From Ptychomitrium polyphyllum (lineage: Eukaryota), in contig OZ316775.1 in NCBI GenBank assembly GCA_973851085.1, positions 17,236,001-17,300,000 on the forward strand: a stretch of DNA of 64,000 nt, in the 5' to 3' direction. This document shows, piece by piece, positions 24,992 through 36,438 of the stretch (positions within the stretch are counted from its first letter, which is position 1; every line of letters begins with the position of its first letter). The position numbers and the translations under genes were made by a program. The notes under the pieces are model-generated. The model had not been told where the DNA came from, made no database searches, and saw nothing but the letters and a program-made list of their open reading frames with translations.

Positions 24992-27900
24992 TCAAAGGGC
25001 CTTTAATCCAATTGACCTCGTCAACAACTGGTGTCTATTTTTTACCAATGCTTTTGTCAACAAATCAGCAAGCATGCCCTCTGTTGCACAATACCTCATA
25101 TCTATCACTCCATCTTCAATCTTCTCTCTTATGAAGTGATGTTGGATGTCGATGGGCTTTGTTTGTGAGTGATGCTTGGAATTCTTGGCAAAGGCAAGAC
25201 ATCCCTGATTGTCACACATGATGGGCGTTGCACCCAGTTGTACAAGTCCAATGTCCTCCAAGAGTTGCCTCAGCCACATTGCTTCCATTGCACCATGACT
25301 TGCCGCCATGTACTCCGCCTCCATAGTTGACCTTGCAATTATAGATTGCCTCTTGCAGTTCCAAGAGATGGCTCCCACTCCAACAAAGAACACATACCCC
25401 GTTGTGGAGCGCCTATCATTAGCATCTCCAGCCCAATCCACATCACAAAATCCCTGCAACTCAATGTTATCACCTTCCAAACACAACACAAAGTCCAAGG
25501 TGCCTTTCAAGTACCTCATGATCCTCTTGATGGTTGCCCAGTGCATGGGGCCGGCCTTGGACATGTGTTGGCTCACAACACTCACTGAAAACGCAAGATC
25601 AAACCTTGTGCTCACCATGGCATGCATGAGGCACCCCACTCCAGCCTTGTAAGGAACGCCTTGCATTTCGCCCTCCACTTGAGCATATTCCTCATCACTT
25701 AGCTTCATCAACCTCAAGTTAGCCTCCACGGGCGTTCCCACTGGCTTACAGTCTTCCATGTTGAATCGCTTCAACACCTCTTCAATGTACTTCCTTTGGC
25801 TCATGGTGATGGTCTCCTTCGCACGATCCCTCATAAATTCCACTCCAAGACAAAAGTGTAACTCGCCCAAATCACTCATCTCAAATTCCTGCTCTAATTT
25901 GGCCTTCAACCACTCTAGCTTCTCCAAAAGGTTGGCCAACATGATCAAGTCATCCACATAGAGAATCACAATCAACAAGAATTCCATGGTTTGCATCACA
26001 TACAAGGAATGATCCGCCTCACTTCTCACAAACCCTTCCTTCCTAAAGAATGCATCAATGCGTTGGTACCATGCCGTTGATGATTGCTTAAACCCGTACA
26101 AGGCCTTCTTCAACTTGCAAACAAGGTGTTCCTAGCCTTCAAGTACAAACCCTGGAAGTTGCTCCATGTAGATGTCTTCTTCCAAGTCTCCATTTAGAAA
26201 GGCTGTCTTCACATCCATCTGGTGCACCTCCAAGTCCATTGCCGCCTCTATGGCCAAGATGGTCCTAATGGTGGTGAACTTGGCCACTGGTGCAAATGTC
26301 TCATTGAATTCCACACCAGCAACTTGTGAGTATCTTTTGGCAACTAGCCTTGCCTTGTGCCTCACAATTGCACCCGAAGCATCCTTCTTAGTTCTAAATA
26401 CCCACTTGCAACCTCTGGAAGAACGATTTGGAGGAAGTTGAGTCAAGTGCCATGTGCCATTGTCCATGAACGACTTGTACTCCTCTTCCATGGCCTTCTC
26501 CCTTTTCATTGCATCCGTGGACTTCAAGGCATCGCACATAGTTAAAGGATCAACAAGGAGGGCAACATTGGCATATTCTGCACTCACTTTTGGAAAGATG
26601 TGGTTCTTCCACCATTCATCTGGTGGCCTCCTCTCCCTCATGGGGTACCTCCTACCACTCATTTCAGACCTCTCTTCTTGTAATGCATCCCCTTCTCCTT
26701 CACTTAGAAGTTTATCCTCCTCACTTGGATGAAGATGTTCACCATCATCTTGTGAGGCTCCTCTGCTGGTCTTAAGGGTGGAAGTCGCCTTGCTCTCCCC
26801 CTCCATTGTTCCTTCACCTCCATCCACATCTCCACCTTCATCCTTGGTTGTTGTGGAGGATGTGTCCACAATCACACCATTACTCCCACTTGGACACATC
26901 CCCAAGTGCTCACAAGCACTCTTATGCTCCAAGAACTCAACATCACGGCTCTTGATGATCTTCTTGCTCTCTATACACATCAACCTATATGCTTTGCTGC
27001 CCTCACAATAACCAAAGAACACACACTTTGTACCCTTTGCATCAAGCTTGGACCTCATGCAATCTGGAATCTTTGCATATGCAAGGCATCCGAAGGTCCT
27101 CATGTGTGAAATACAAGGCTTCTTACCACTTCAAGCTTCTTCAGGGGTCATGGATGTAAGGGCACTTATGGGGCACCTATTTCTTTTGTACACCGCATTC
27201 ACCACTGCTTCCGCCCACAACTCATGCCCAAGATGTTGAGCATGAAGCATGCTCCTCGCCATCTCCACAATGGTGCAATTTGCCCTCTCAGCAACTCCAT
27301 TTTGTTGTGGAGTGTATGGAGTGGAGGTTTGCCTTGCAATGCCTTCACTCCTCAAGAAGTCATCAAAACATTTGGATAAGAACTCACCACCATTATCCCA
27401 ACGCAACACCTTGATCTTGGACTCACATTGCTTCTCCACGAGCGCCTTGAACTCCTTGAATCTTGCAAAGCATTCGCTCTTGGCTTTGAGGATGAACACC
27501 CATACTTTCCTCGAATAATCATCAATGAAGGTGAGGAAGTACCTTGCTCCCCCAATGGATGGAGTCCTCATAGGCCCGCACACGTTGGAATACACAATCT
27601 CTAGCAATTTTGCTTGCACGAGTTGCCACTGCACTTGAAAACGACGCCCTTTGCTGCTTGCCTTGGATGCAAGCCTCACAACCAAGTTCTTTTGCCTTGT
27701 GGCATGTTGTACCCAGATCCAAGCCGCTTACCATGCCTTGGAGCTCCTTCATGGCCTTCACATTAAGGTGTCCAAGGCGCCCATGCTATATGCCAAACTT
27801 GTCTTGGTCTTCAATGAACTCAGCAAAGGGCGCCACCTCCACTCCATTCACCTTCTTACACTTGATGAAGTACAAGTTGCCATCCCTCAACCCCGTGGCA

Positions 27901-29036
27901 ACAACATCTCCACTCAATGACTTCACAATACATCCATTCACATTGAAATGAGCCACAAACCCTCCCATCACAAGTTTGCTCATCGAAAGGAGGTTGGACT
28001 TCATCTTTGGCACATGCAGCACGTCCTTGAAGGTGATCCTCTTGGTCTTGCCTCCGACAACAACCTCCACCACAATGAAATCCATTCCAATGGCCTCCAC
28101 CACGCCATTGTCACCCATGAGCACACTAGTGGCTGCAATTGCCTCATAAGTATGGAATGAGCACTTATAAGGAGTCATGTGCTTTGTGGCGCCCGAATCA
28201 ACTATCCACTTGGATAGGGCCGCCATAGGCGCCCCTTCGCTTGCCATGAAGGCACAATCACCACCTCCAAGGTGGTCCATCACATGGTTGGCATCCTCCC
28301 TCTCTCCTTTCTTGGCCTTGTAGCAATTTCGAGCAAAATGACCTGGTTTTCCACACACAAAGCACGTTCAAAGATTTGGACATTGATTAGAGTAGGTGGC
28401 CTTGCCTTGCCTCGAGAAGAGGGCGGAGTCCTCATTTGAATTCGCCTTCTCCTTCCTCGTGGTGTCCTCGTGGATCAATCTTGCCGTCACATAGTCCATG
28501 GTGAGGTCCTTGATGGGAATGGACTCCAAGGCCACTATGAGATAGCTATAGGACTCCGGCAAGCTCATGAGCAATGTAATCACAACATCCGACTCCTCCA
28601 ATGGCTTGTCCACAATGGCAAGTTGCCTTGCAAGGGCCTTCAACTTGTTCACATGTGCCATGAGGTCGTGGCCTTCTTCCATCTTGCAGTTCAAAAGCTT
28701 CCTCTTTGTGAAGATGATGTTGGAGAGGTTCTTGCTCTCATAGATGTTGCAAAGCATCTTCCACGCTTCTGCTAGTCCTATGCAAGAGATGATATGGGCA
28801 AAGTTGGCATCATCAAGGTTGGTGGCAAGGATGCCAAAAGCCTTCTTTTCACAACGTTGGAACTCTTTTCTCTCCTTTGCATCCGCCGACAATGGTAGAG
28901 CAACCTCACTCTCATCTATGATGTCCCAAAGGTCCAAAGAAGCCAACAAGAGCTCCATCCTAACCTTCCATTGGTAGAAGTTATCACCATGAAACTTTTG
29001 AATGATCCTAAAACCTTCACCTTCACTCGAAGCCAT
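24992..29036 (-). pseudogene. Copia gag-pol polyprotein with premature stops and a frameshift
   Basis: ATG at 29036 (MASSEGEGF). Stops at 28368, 27786, 27131 and 26132; frame change near 27610. ORF pieces match gag, CCHC, protease, integrase, RT and RNase H. Confidence 0.93.
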
Positions 29037-29464
29037 GCCTTAAGAAGAGAAGTAACAAAACAAACCTTCAAACAAACTATTTCCTTGACTCTTATGCTTC
29101 TCACAAGTCTTCACAACTATGAGTCCTAAGAAAAAACCTTTCAACTCACTATGTCCACTCAATAAGCACACTTATCAATGAACTCACAAGACAACAACAC
29201 CAAGCACAAAAAAATGGTGTTAGGGAGCTTGAATCCAACAAAGACACTATCAAGGTCTTATCACCACTCAAAACAACTTACTATCCAAGGAGTTTTAACA
29301 ACCACAATCCTACTAGAGCTCAAGAAACATTAAACCAAGCACCTACAAGTTCAAAGTTAGGTGTCTCTAACTCTATCTTCAATAACTATGAAGCAATCTT
29401 GCTCCACACAAGAACAACAGCTACAAACACTTCAAGGTACTTCGAAAGGCACAACTAAGTGTGA

Positions 29465-29478
29465 GTGGGCCCATAACC
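29465..29478 (-). promoter_or_regulatory. PBS complementary to the anticodon-arm half of tRNA-iMet
   Basis: GGTTATGGGCCCAC directly abuts the 5' LTR; same type as the Drosophila copia PBS. Confidence 0.88.
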
Positions 29479-29906
29479 TATTGAAGAAATGCAACAAAGC
29501 TAGTACAATAAGCAAGAAGAGAGAAAGCAAGGTTGCAACAAGAGAAGTGTGGAGCAAGATGACTTCCATCTCCAAAACCCCTTTACTTATACTTGAGAGT
29601 CATCCACCAAAGTGTGCCACTTGGCGGCAATGCATTTGCCTCCACTATATGAGTGACATGTGGCGGCTAACCCTAACCCTAGCCGCCGTAGCTGCCACCC
29701 TAATCCTAACGGCCGCTCTAACCCTAATGGCCACTCTAACCCTAGCCACCATACAAATCCCTTATTGCCTTTTCTTAACCCTAGCCCCCATATTTCCTAT
29801 GGCTACTTTCTTCACACCTCTTTGACCATTAGCAACATATCATGCTCTAAGCCTACACAAGGATACTTCAACTAGGATTACTTTATATGTTTTACACTTT
29901 GCAACA
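29479..29906 (-). repeat. Copia 5' LTR
   Basis: Near-identical to 24546-24973; adjacent to the PBS. Confidence 0.96.
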
Positions 29907-29911
29907 GTTAC

Positions 29912-30228
29912 CACTAAATTGGGGTGGTATCTTCACGTAGGCACCATGATGGCCCGGAGTGATCTTAGAATCACATGGGGATCATTAGTGGTGGTGAGGA
30001 GACACCACTAAGTGTAGTTAGGCCGTGTGGAATGGAAATAACACCAAGTGAGGCCTTAGACATGAATGGAAATCCGCACCTAACCATTGATTACCTATCA
30101 ATTGGGTGTTCTAAGAAAAATGGTAGAAAGACTTGGAAAGTGAGAATGGGGGTTAACCATGTGCATGTAGGGGTGTACAGGGTTGACACACATGACGCTT
30201 GCTAAGGTGCATTACAAGGGTTGCGACA
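29912..30228 (+). repeat. 3' LTR of family C element, right part
   Basis: Aligns to about 17940-18256; ends GTTGCGACA. Confidence 0.93.
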
Positions 30229-30233
30229 GGACA

Positions 30234-31141
30234 TGACTTTATCCATTGACAGGTTTAAGTTTGGTGTGGATGAAATTTTGGTAGTTGAACATTTATTTGG
30301 AATATTTGGAAAGAAACCTAATTTTGAAAAGGTGGAAGTAATAGCCAGAATGAAGGCATGTAATAGTATTACTTAAGTAAGAAGGTTTTTAGAAGCATGT
30401 GTCTTCTACCAAATTTGGATGCAACATTTTGCTCATGTGGCTAATCCATTGTTTAAGCTCTTAAGATAGGGTAGTATGTTTAAATTGAGACAGGAACAAG
30501 AGTTGGCAATAGAAGGATTAAAAGAGATTTTAAAATCTCCACCAGTTTTAAGACAAGTTGATTACAACTGTGGAAGACCAGTGATTATAACTGTTGATAC
30601 AAGCTCAATTGCTACAAGTTGGACTATTGGTTAAGATGATGCTAAAGGCAGGAGATTTTTTGTAAGATTTAGAGCAAGGATTCTCATAGAACGCCAAAGA
30701 GCATATCTACAAGTAAAACGGGAACTTTTGGAAGCACTCAGAGCATTGAAGGCAAATAGAAACTACTTAATTGGAGCCAATGTTGTCTTAGAAACTGACT
30801 GTTTACCGTTACTTGGTATGATTTTTAATTACTCTACACCAGAGATTGCCATGCTATGATGGATACCCTTTATCAAATCACTTAATCCTATGCTAGTTCA
30901 TATCACCAAAAACAAAAACCTGGTGGCAGATATGTTGTCAAGAGCTAGATATATGTGTAAAGGTGAGATGATGACAAAAGAGATGAATGAAGATAATGAA
31001 GATGATTATTATGGCTATGTTTTGGCAATGAATGAAGCAAGCACAAGTAGTAGTGATTTTCTTTTTAAGAAGGAACTATATGAAGGTAGACTAATAGATA
31101 TTGGCATGTATTTGAGCACTTTGAGAAGACAAGAAGGCTGA
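30234..31141 (+). mobile_element. Ty3/gypsy family D RT/RNase H fragment (right part)
   Basis: Reads LSIDRFKFGVDEILVV, PVIITVDTSSIA, VVLETDCLPLLGM and NLVADMLSRARY. Confidence 0.8.
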
Positions 31142-31167
31142 GACTCTGGAACTAGAAGGAGAGGAGA

Positions 31168-31697
31168 TGTCACAGACAAACATATTAAAAGCATCCAAAA
31201 AAGTTCTTAAAAGATTTTCAAAGCTTCTAAGGAAGTTTCCTTGGTTTTTAGAAACCTTCCAAAGAAGTTGCCATGGCTTAGGAAGTTACTTTAGAATTAG
31301 GAAGCTTCCAAAGAAATTGCCTCAGGTTGAGGAAGCTTCCAAGGAAGTTACCTTGGATTTATGAAGCTTCTAAAAAAGTTGCTTCAGATTGAGGAAGCTT
31401 TTGAGGAAGTTGCCTTAATTGAAGAAGCTTCCAAGAAAGTTACCTTAGACTTAAGAAGCTTCCAAGGAAGTTGCCGGAACTGAAGAAGCTTCCAAGGCTT
31501 GTAGTTCTAGTATATATAGGAGTTGAGGCTGAAGGGCTCTTCAATCTCAACAACGCATCTCTTGTGGTCTAGCTCAGACCTTCTAGCCTTGTCTTTTGTA
31601 CCTTATTGTAGTTCTTTACCTCTAATATACTTGGACTTATGTTGTTCCACATCTTGGAATTTTGAAGCCTTGTCTTGTGGTTACTCTTCGCATAACA
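31168..31697 (+). repeat. 3' LTR of Ty3/gypsy family E (preceded by a PPT); internal region deleted
   Basis: TGTCAC...ATAACA. AGAAGGAGAGGAGA lies immediately upstream. Array of about 30-bp GAAGCTTCCAAGGAAGTTGCC units; TATATATAGG box. Homologous to 32828-33216. Confidence 0.8.
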
Positions 31698-33216
31698 ACA
31701 AGGATGGCAGAGCTTTAAGCAACCATGAAATATCAACTAGAAAAAGCTCAAGAACGACACAAAACGGCAGCAAATGCAACAAAAAAAGAACAAGTTCTAT
31801 TTTCAATTGGTAAAAAAATGTGGCTCTTTCAACACAATATAAAGACCAATAGGCCATGTGACAAGTTATACTATCACAAGTAGGAACCATTTATAATTCA
31901 AAAATAAGTCAATTACGTGGCATATCATTTGGAACTACTAGCATCAATGAAGGTACATTCTATCTTCCACGTTTCACTATTAGAAGCCTATAAGAAATCA
32001 ACTATCTATGGACAAAAGCAGTTTCCACCATTTATGGTCGAAATTGACAATCATCATGAATTTGAAGTGGAAGAAGTGCTTGATTCATAGATGAAATGTA
32101 GAATGTTGGAATATTTAGTCCATTGGCACAGATATGACATCAATGAACGCACATGGGAATCAGCTAATAATCTTGCCAATTTGCTAATTAAAATTTGTAA
32201 ATTTCATTGATAACATCCATTCAAAAGAAATGTAGCAGCAGAAGGAACAATGACTTGGTAATGTTGTGTAATCTTGAAGGCTCTTGATGCTTGGGCTTTT
32301 AAATAAGGGAGAAAGTAGTTCTTAATCCTTTAGTTTTCAAAGCTCCATATATGATTTTAAACCAAGGCCTTTATATTTTGGCTTTATTATATTCATTTAA
32401 TATTAGTTTAATATATTAAATATAAACAACAAAGGGACAGATATTATATTAGTGGTGTCAACTCAACCAAATGGCTCTTGTTGTTGTTGACCTTGTGACA
32501 AAGAACAAATTAGACCAGGAAGACGTTGAAGGATACTTAACAATAGATCCTTGGTAATTGTCTTTAAATTAAAGTTAGCTCACAAAGGTTATCTAAAAGT
32601 AGTGTTTGAAGGACGCTTTTACAACAAAGTTACGGAAGTTCATGCTTGGTCCTAACTAGAAGGCATTGGATACTATTAATGGTTACAAGAACTCATGAAC
32701 CATTTGAATCGTGAAAGGCAATTGGAATATGTTACAAACACCATGCGACAAATTTTTGAGTTCCTAAAACTTTAAGCACTTGCTGCAACATGTTCCTAGG
32801 AAACCTTGGAGCTACAAAGGGAAGTGATGTCATGAACATAGATATTAGAAGCATTTAGAAAGGTTCTTAGAATGTTTAGAAAGCTTTCAAAGAAGTTACT
32901 TAGATATATGAAGCTTTTAAGGAAGTTACTTCGGCTTATGAAGCTTCCAAAGAAGCAACTTTAGGTTGCTTGAATTTGAAGCAATGTACTCAAAGTTTTT
33001 CAAGAAGCTTCCAAGGCTTTTAGTTTTAATATATATAGGAATTAAGGTTGAAAAAATCTTCAATCTCAACAACGCATCTCTTCAAGTCTAGCTAAGATCT
33101 TTTGGCCTTGTCTTTATATCTTGTTAGAGTTCTTTACTTCTAATATATCTTGGACATATTTTGTTCCATATCCTAAAATCTTGAAGCCTTGTCTTATTAT
33201 TACTTTGTGCACAACA
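31698..33216 (+). mobile_element. 3' end of a family E chromovirus: integrase C-terminus, chromodomain, 3' region, PPT and LTR (32828-33216)
   Basis: MKVHSIFHVSLLEAY and EFEVEEVLDS*...EYLVHWHRYDINERTWE. PPT AAAGGGAAGTGA precedes TGTCATG; LTR ends ACAACA. Confidence 0.82.
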
Positions 33217-33289
33217 ATAAACATCTTTGAAGCTACAAATAAATCCAACTTAATATTGTCTTATTAAATGAATTTCATCAACTCATCAA

Positions 33290-33546
33290 TTCAAATGGTT
33301 AGAAGATAATCCATCATTTTGGATCTTTTAGGAATTAACAATTTATTTATACAAGTTTTTAGGAGCTACCAATACTGTTGTAATATTTAAATGGCCAAAA
33401 GATAGTCCGTCTATTTAAATCCTTCAAAAGTTGACAATTTAATATTTAAATGGGCCAGAAAATACTCCATCTATTTGGATCCTTTAAAAATTGACAATTC
33501 ATCTATACAGGTTCTTCAGAAGCTAAAAATACTAATGTAATATTTG
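33290..33546. repeat. Degenerate tandem/direct repeats
   Basis: Three variants of TCCATCTATTTGGATCCTTTAAAAATTGACAATT, and two of the following TATACAGGTTCTTCAGAAGCTA...TGTAATATTT. Confidence 0.6.
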
Positions 33547-34929
33547 GTTGTTACTTAGGAAGGTATATTGAGCTCTCAACCGCGTGATTACAAAAGATGT
33601 TGGTAGTGGCTTGTTTAATACGGTTTGATTATTGAGATAAGAGCATAAGCATGTCTGTGATGGTACGTAGTAATTGGCCACATCATAAGTTTTTTTTTAT
33701 GAATTTTTTATATAAACCTAATTAAGTCAATCTTACAAAAAATAAATATTTGATCTTTAGTAATGGAATTATTTATATAATACATATAGAAATAAAAATA
33801 ACAAAATTCATCATTCTCTTCTAAGTTTTAAAAATTTATGATTTTTACCTTGAAAAAATATTATTTTTTTTTTAATTTTATTGATATACCATTGTAAACC
33901 AAAAACAATTTTAGTTAGTCTTGGAATTTTTTAATAAAATTTTGTTTTAAATGGAAAAAAAAAAAAAAAATCAATTTATAAATTTTTAATACAATCTAAT
34001 AAGGCTTGTACAACCAAAATAAGGTTATAATTCAAACAATTACTTAAATAAGTTTTAGGCCAAATGAGTTGAATTTTAAAAGTGGATTTTTGATAAAAAT
34101 AAGGTATGGCATTTTATTTAAGTGGCTCCATTTGATTGAATTTTGACCACGTAATCTCAAAATAAGTGCTTTTTTATATTAAAAGTATATTTTCTTTTAA
34201 AGAATCATACCAATTATCAAAATATTCTATTCCTTCTTTTGACAATATATTCTGCTTAAGATGTGCTTGTGATAGGTGTTAAAAATTAATAAGAATGTGA
34301 TAACTTCTTTTACAATATTTTTAAATATACTTGAAAAATAATACAAAAGCCTTACTACATAGTCTTCTATATTATACACCATTGACATTACTAGCTACAT
34401 TCTACCAAGGTTGTTAATTTTAAACATTCTATGGATTTTTATGTCCAAATGCATTTGGAACACTTCATTTAGGCCTTTTTCTTACTGCACCCTGCACCCT
34501 AGACAGATCCAGTCAAGTTTAAACAAGCCCAAGCAATCCAAAGTTATTTATAATTTGGATAAATTCAAGTTTACGTACATTTGAATCTTGAATAAATTTG
34601 ACAAATTGAATCACAATCTAAACATTGGGAGATCATTTATGTTCAAATGTCTAACACCTAACACATAACCACATGATATACAATCCTCCTTTATATTGGA
34701 ATTTTATTTTTGTTTTTTATAATCCTTAAAAAAAATCTTGGAACATTAAAAAATGCACTATATTCAAGAACAGTAACAATTGTTTGTAATACGTAAATAA
34801 TCAATGTCCGTGTAGTGATGGTGAGCAATCGATAGGTGCAGAAGAATTTAATTCATGCAATTAAAGTCATGAGATTTACTCATCTGGTAAAATCTTTGTG
34901 AAAAAATCTATTTAAAAGGGTAGTTCCCT

Positions 34930-35560
34930 TTTCGCCAAGACCACATGTGGCAGCTACATTGAAAACTCAAGGCGACGTTTCAGTACAGAAACAATAGCCT
35001 AAAGCAAAAATCCCAGATTCACGTTTCTACCCAACATGACGGTACACAGAACACCGGCGTTGTCGTTCAACAGGGCAACCACCAAACCGACATGTATTCA
35101 TGTCGGCCGTTCATACCACTCCCTAACTTGAAACTCGCCACTGCCATTTGGAAAAAGCGCAGACTGCACATATTTACCAAAAGCTGGAGCTGTGCGGAAG
35201 CCACGTTCAACTCTTGAGCTCATTGCAACTGCATTGCGACGTCTCAACTACAGTTGTAAGCCGCACCACGTCCCATGCATAACGCTCCACATGGCAAGCC
35301 ATAATATACAATCCGGACAGCACCACGCTCAACATGTGTACAATGGCACAACGAGTGTGAAATGACGCCGATACTATTGTGATACCCGCTCTATTCTGGT
35401 GCGATATCGGTATAGTACTGATGTGATACCCCAGTGATTTTCCTGTGATGCCCTCTTGATACTTGAGCGGAGTTGCTGGGAATTGGACGACGTTGCAATG
35501 TCGTTAGGCCGCCTTTCGTTGGAAATTTTGAAGCTATTTATGCACACCCACGTTTCGGAG
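34930..35560 (+). promoter_or_regulatory. ELIP promoter with ACGT-core (ABRE/G-box-like) motifs, paired DRE cores and a TATA-like box
   Basis: GCCACGTT 35200, GACGTC 35238, CCACGTCC 35266, CCACATGGC 35287, GACGTT 35488, CCACGTTT 35548; ACCGAC 35086 and GTCGGC 35102; TATTTAT 35535. Confidence 0.55.
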
Positions 35561-35718
35561 AGATCATTCGAGTTTGAATATCAAAACGCCCGTAGCTGTT
35601 CATCTCCCTCGTTGTTGCAGAAGCAGTGAATCACTTTGAAGACGTAGTAGATCTTTGTACACTTTAGAAAACGCAATAGATTTTCTCATTTAGTCGCAGC
35701 AGAGGAAGTTTTTTGACA

Positions 35719-36438
35719 ATGGCAGCCATGACGTCGCAGATGAGGAGCACCGCCATAGCCGCTGCAGCTCTCGGAGGGATTGCCTTGCCTTCACGAAACG
35801 TGAGGAGAGTAGCGGCTGGTCCTCGCCTTCAGAGAATATCTCTTACGGGGCGAGTGCGTTGCGAAGCATCGGATCGTGAGGATGGATATGTCAATCCTAT
35901 CGACCGCGCCACGAAGAAGACGATCACCAGGGAGGAGGTGCTACAGCACCAGGCGGCTGACAAGTCCGAGCAGCGGTCCATCTTCGGGGAGAAGCCGTCG
36001 TCCGTCTCGCCTTACGGCCGCCCCGAAGTGGAGCGCCGCCCCGAAACGGGCGACACTTCGCCGTGGAGCATCTTCGCATTCGACGGCGTCGCTCCCGAAA
36101 CTATCAATGGCCGCCTGGCGATGGTAGGATTCCTGTGGGCGGTTATCGGGGAGAAAATCTCCGGGTTGTCTGTGATCGACCAAGTGTTCAGCCCTGGAAG
36201 CACGGGGTTAATCTGGTTCCTTGCGGCGGTGCAAATTCTCACGTACGCTTCGCTGGTTCCTATCTTCAACGCGAAGGAGTCTACCGATGCCAGGAGCTTC
36301 GGTCCGTTTACGGCGCTGGCAGAGAGGTGGAATGGGCGCGCGGCCATGATCGGGTTCGCTTCGCTCATCCTTACCGAGGTGTTCATTCAGGGACCGCTTT
36401 TCGTCCGAATTTTCAATAGTGGAGGGTTTCCAGCCTAG
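35719..36438 (+). CDS. ELIP: Early light-induced protein (ELIP; LHC-like chlorophyll a/b-binding family), plastid-targeted, intronless, 239 aa
   Basis: ATG in ACAATGGC context. Ala/Ser/Arg-rich transit peptide ending VRC-EA. FAFDGVAPETINGRLAMVGF and AERWNGRAAMIGF are the helix 1 and helix 3 LHC motifs typical of ELIPs. Confidence 0.95.
   Translation: MAAMTSQMRSTAIAAAALGGIALPSRNVRRVAAGPRLQRISLTGRVRCEASDREDGYVNPIDRATKKTITREEVLQHQAADKSEQRSIFGEKPSSVSPYGRPEVERRPETGDTSPWSIFAFDGVAPETINGRLAMVGFLWAVIGEKISGLSVIDQVFSPGSTGLIWFLAAVQILTYASLVPIFNAKESTDARSFGPFTALAERWNGRAAMIGFASLILTEVFIQGPLFVRIFNSGGFPA

Larger units (their letters stand above)
24546..29906 (-). mobile_element. Full-length Ty1/copia element (5.36 kb), half-tRNA primed; youngest dated insertion in the window
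   Basis: 428-bp LTRs at 24546-24973 and 29479-29906 (7 differences by my count). TSD GTTTC / GTTAC. PBS GGTTATGGGCCCAC. PPT GCAAAGTGGGAG. Domain order gag, protease (WIVDSGA), integrase, RT (HQMDVKTAFLNG, YVDD), RNase H (DVDWAG). Confidence 0.97.
17113..30228 (+). mobile_element. Full-length Ty3/gypsy chromovirus (family C) inserted in the family D RT; its 3' LTR is split by a copia element
   Basis: 5' LTR 17113-18256 (1144 bp). 3' LTR 23718-24545 plus 29912-30228 (1145 bp rejoined). TSD GGACT / GGACA. PBS TGGTATCAGAG. PPT about 23704-23717. The host RT frame V-D-L-T-L-S-I-D is restored on excision. Confidence 0.95.

Noticed and set aside
35876..36419. Overlapping and antisense ORFs within ELIP
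   Set aside because: Shadow frames of a GC-rich CDS with no recognisable protein features.
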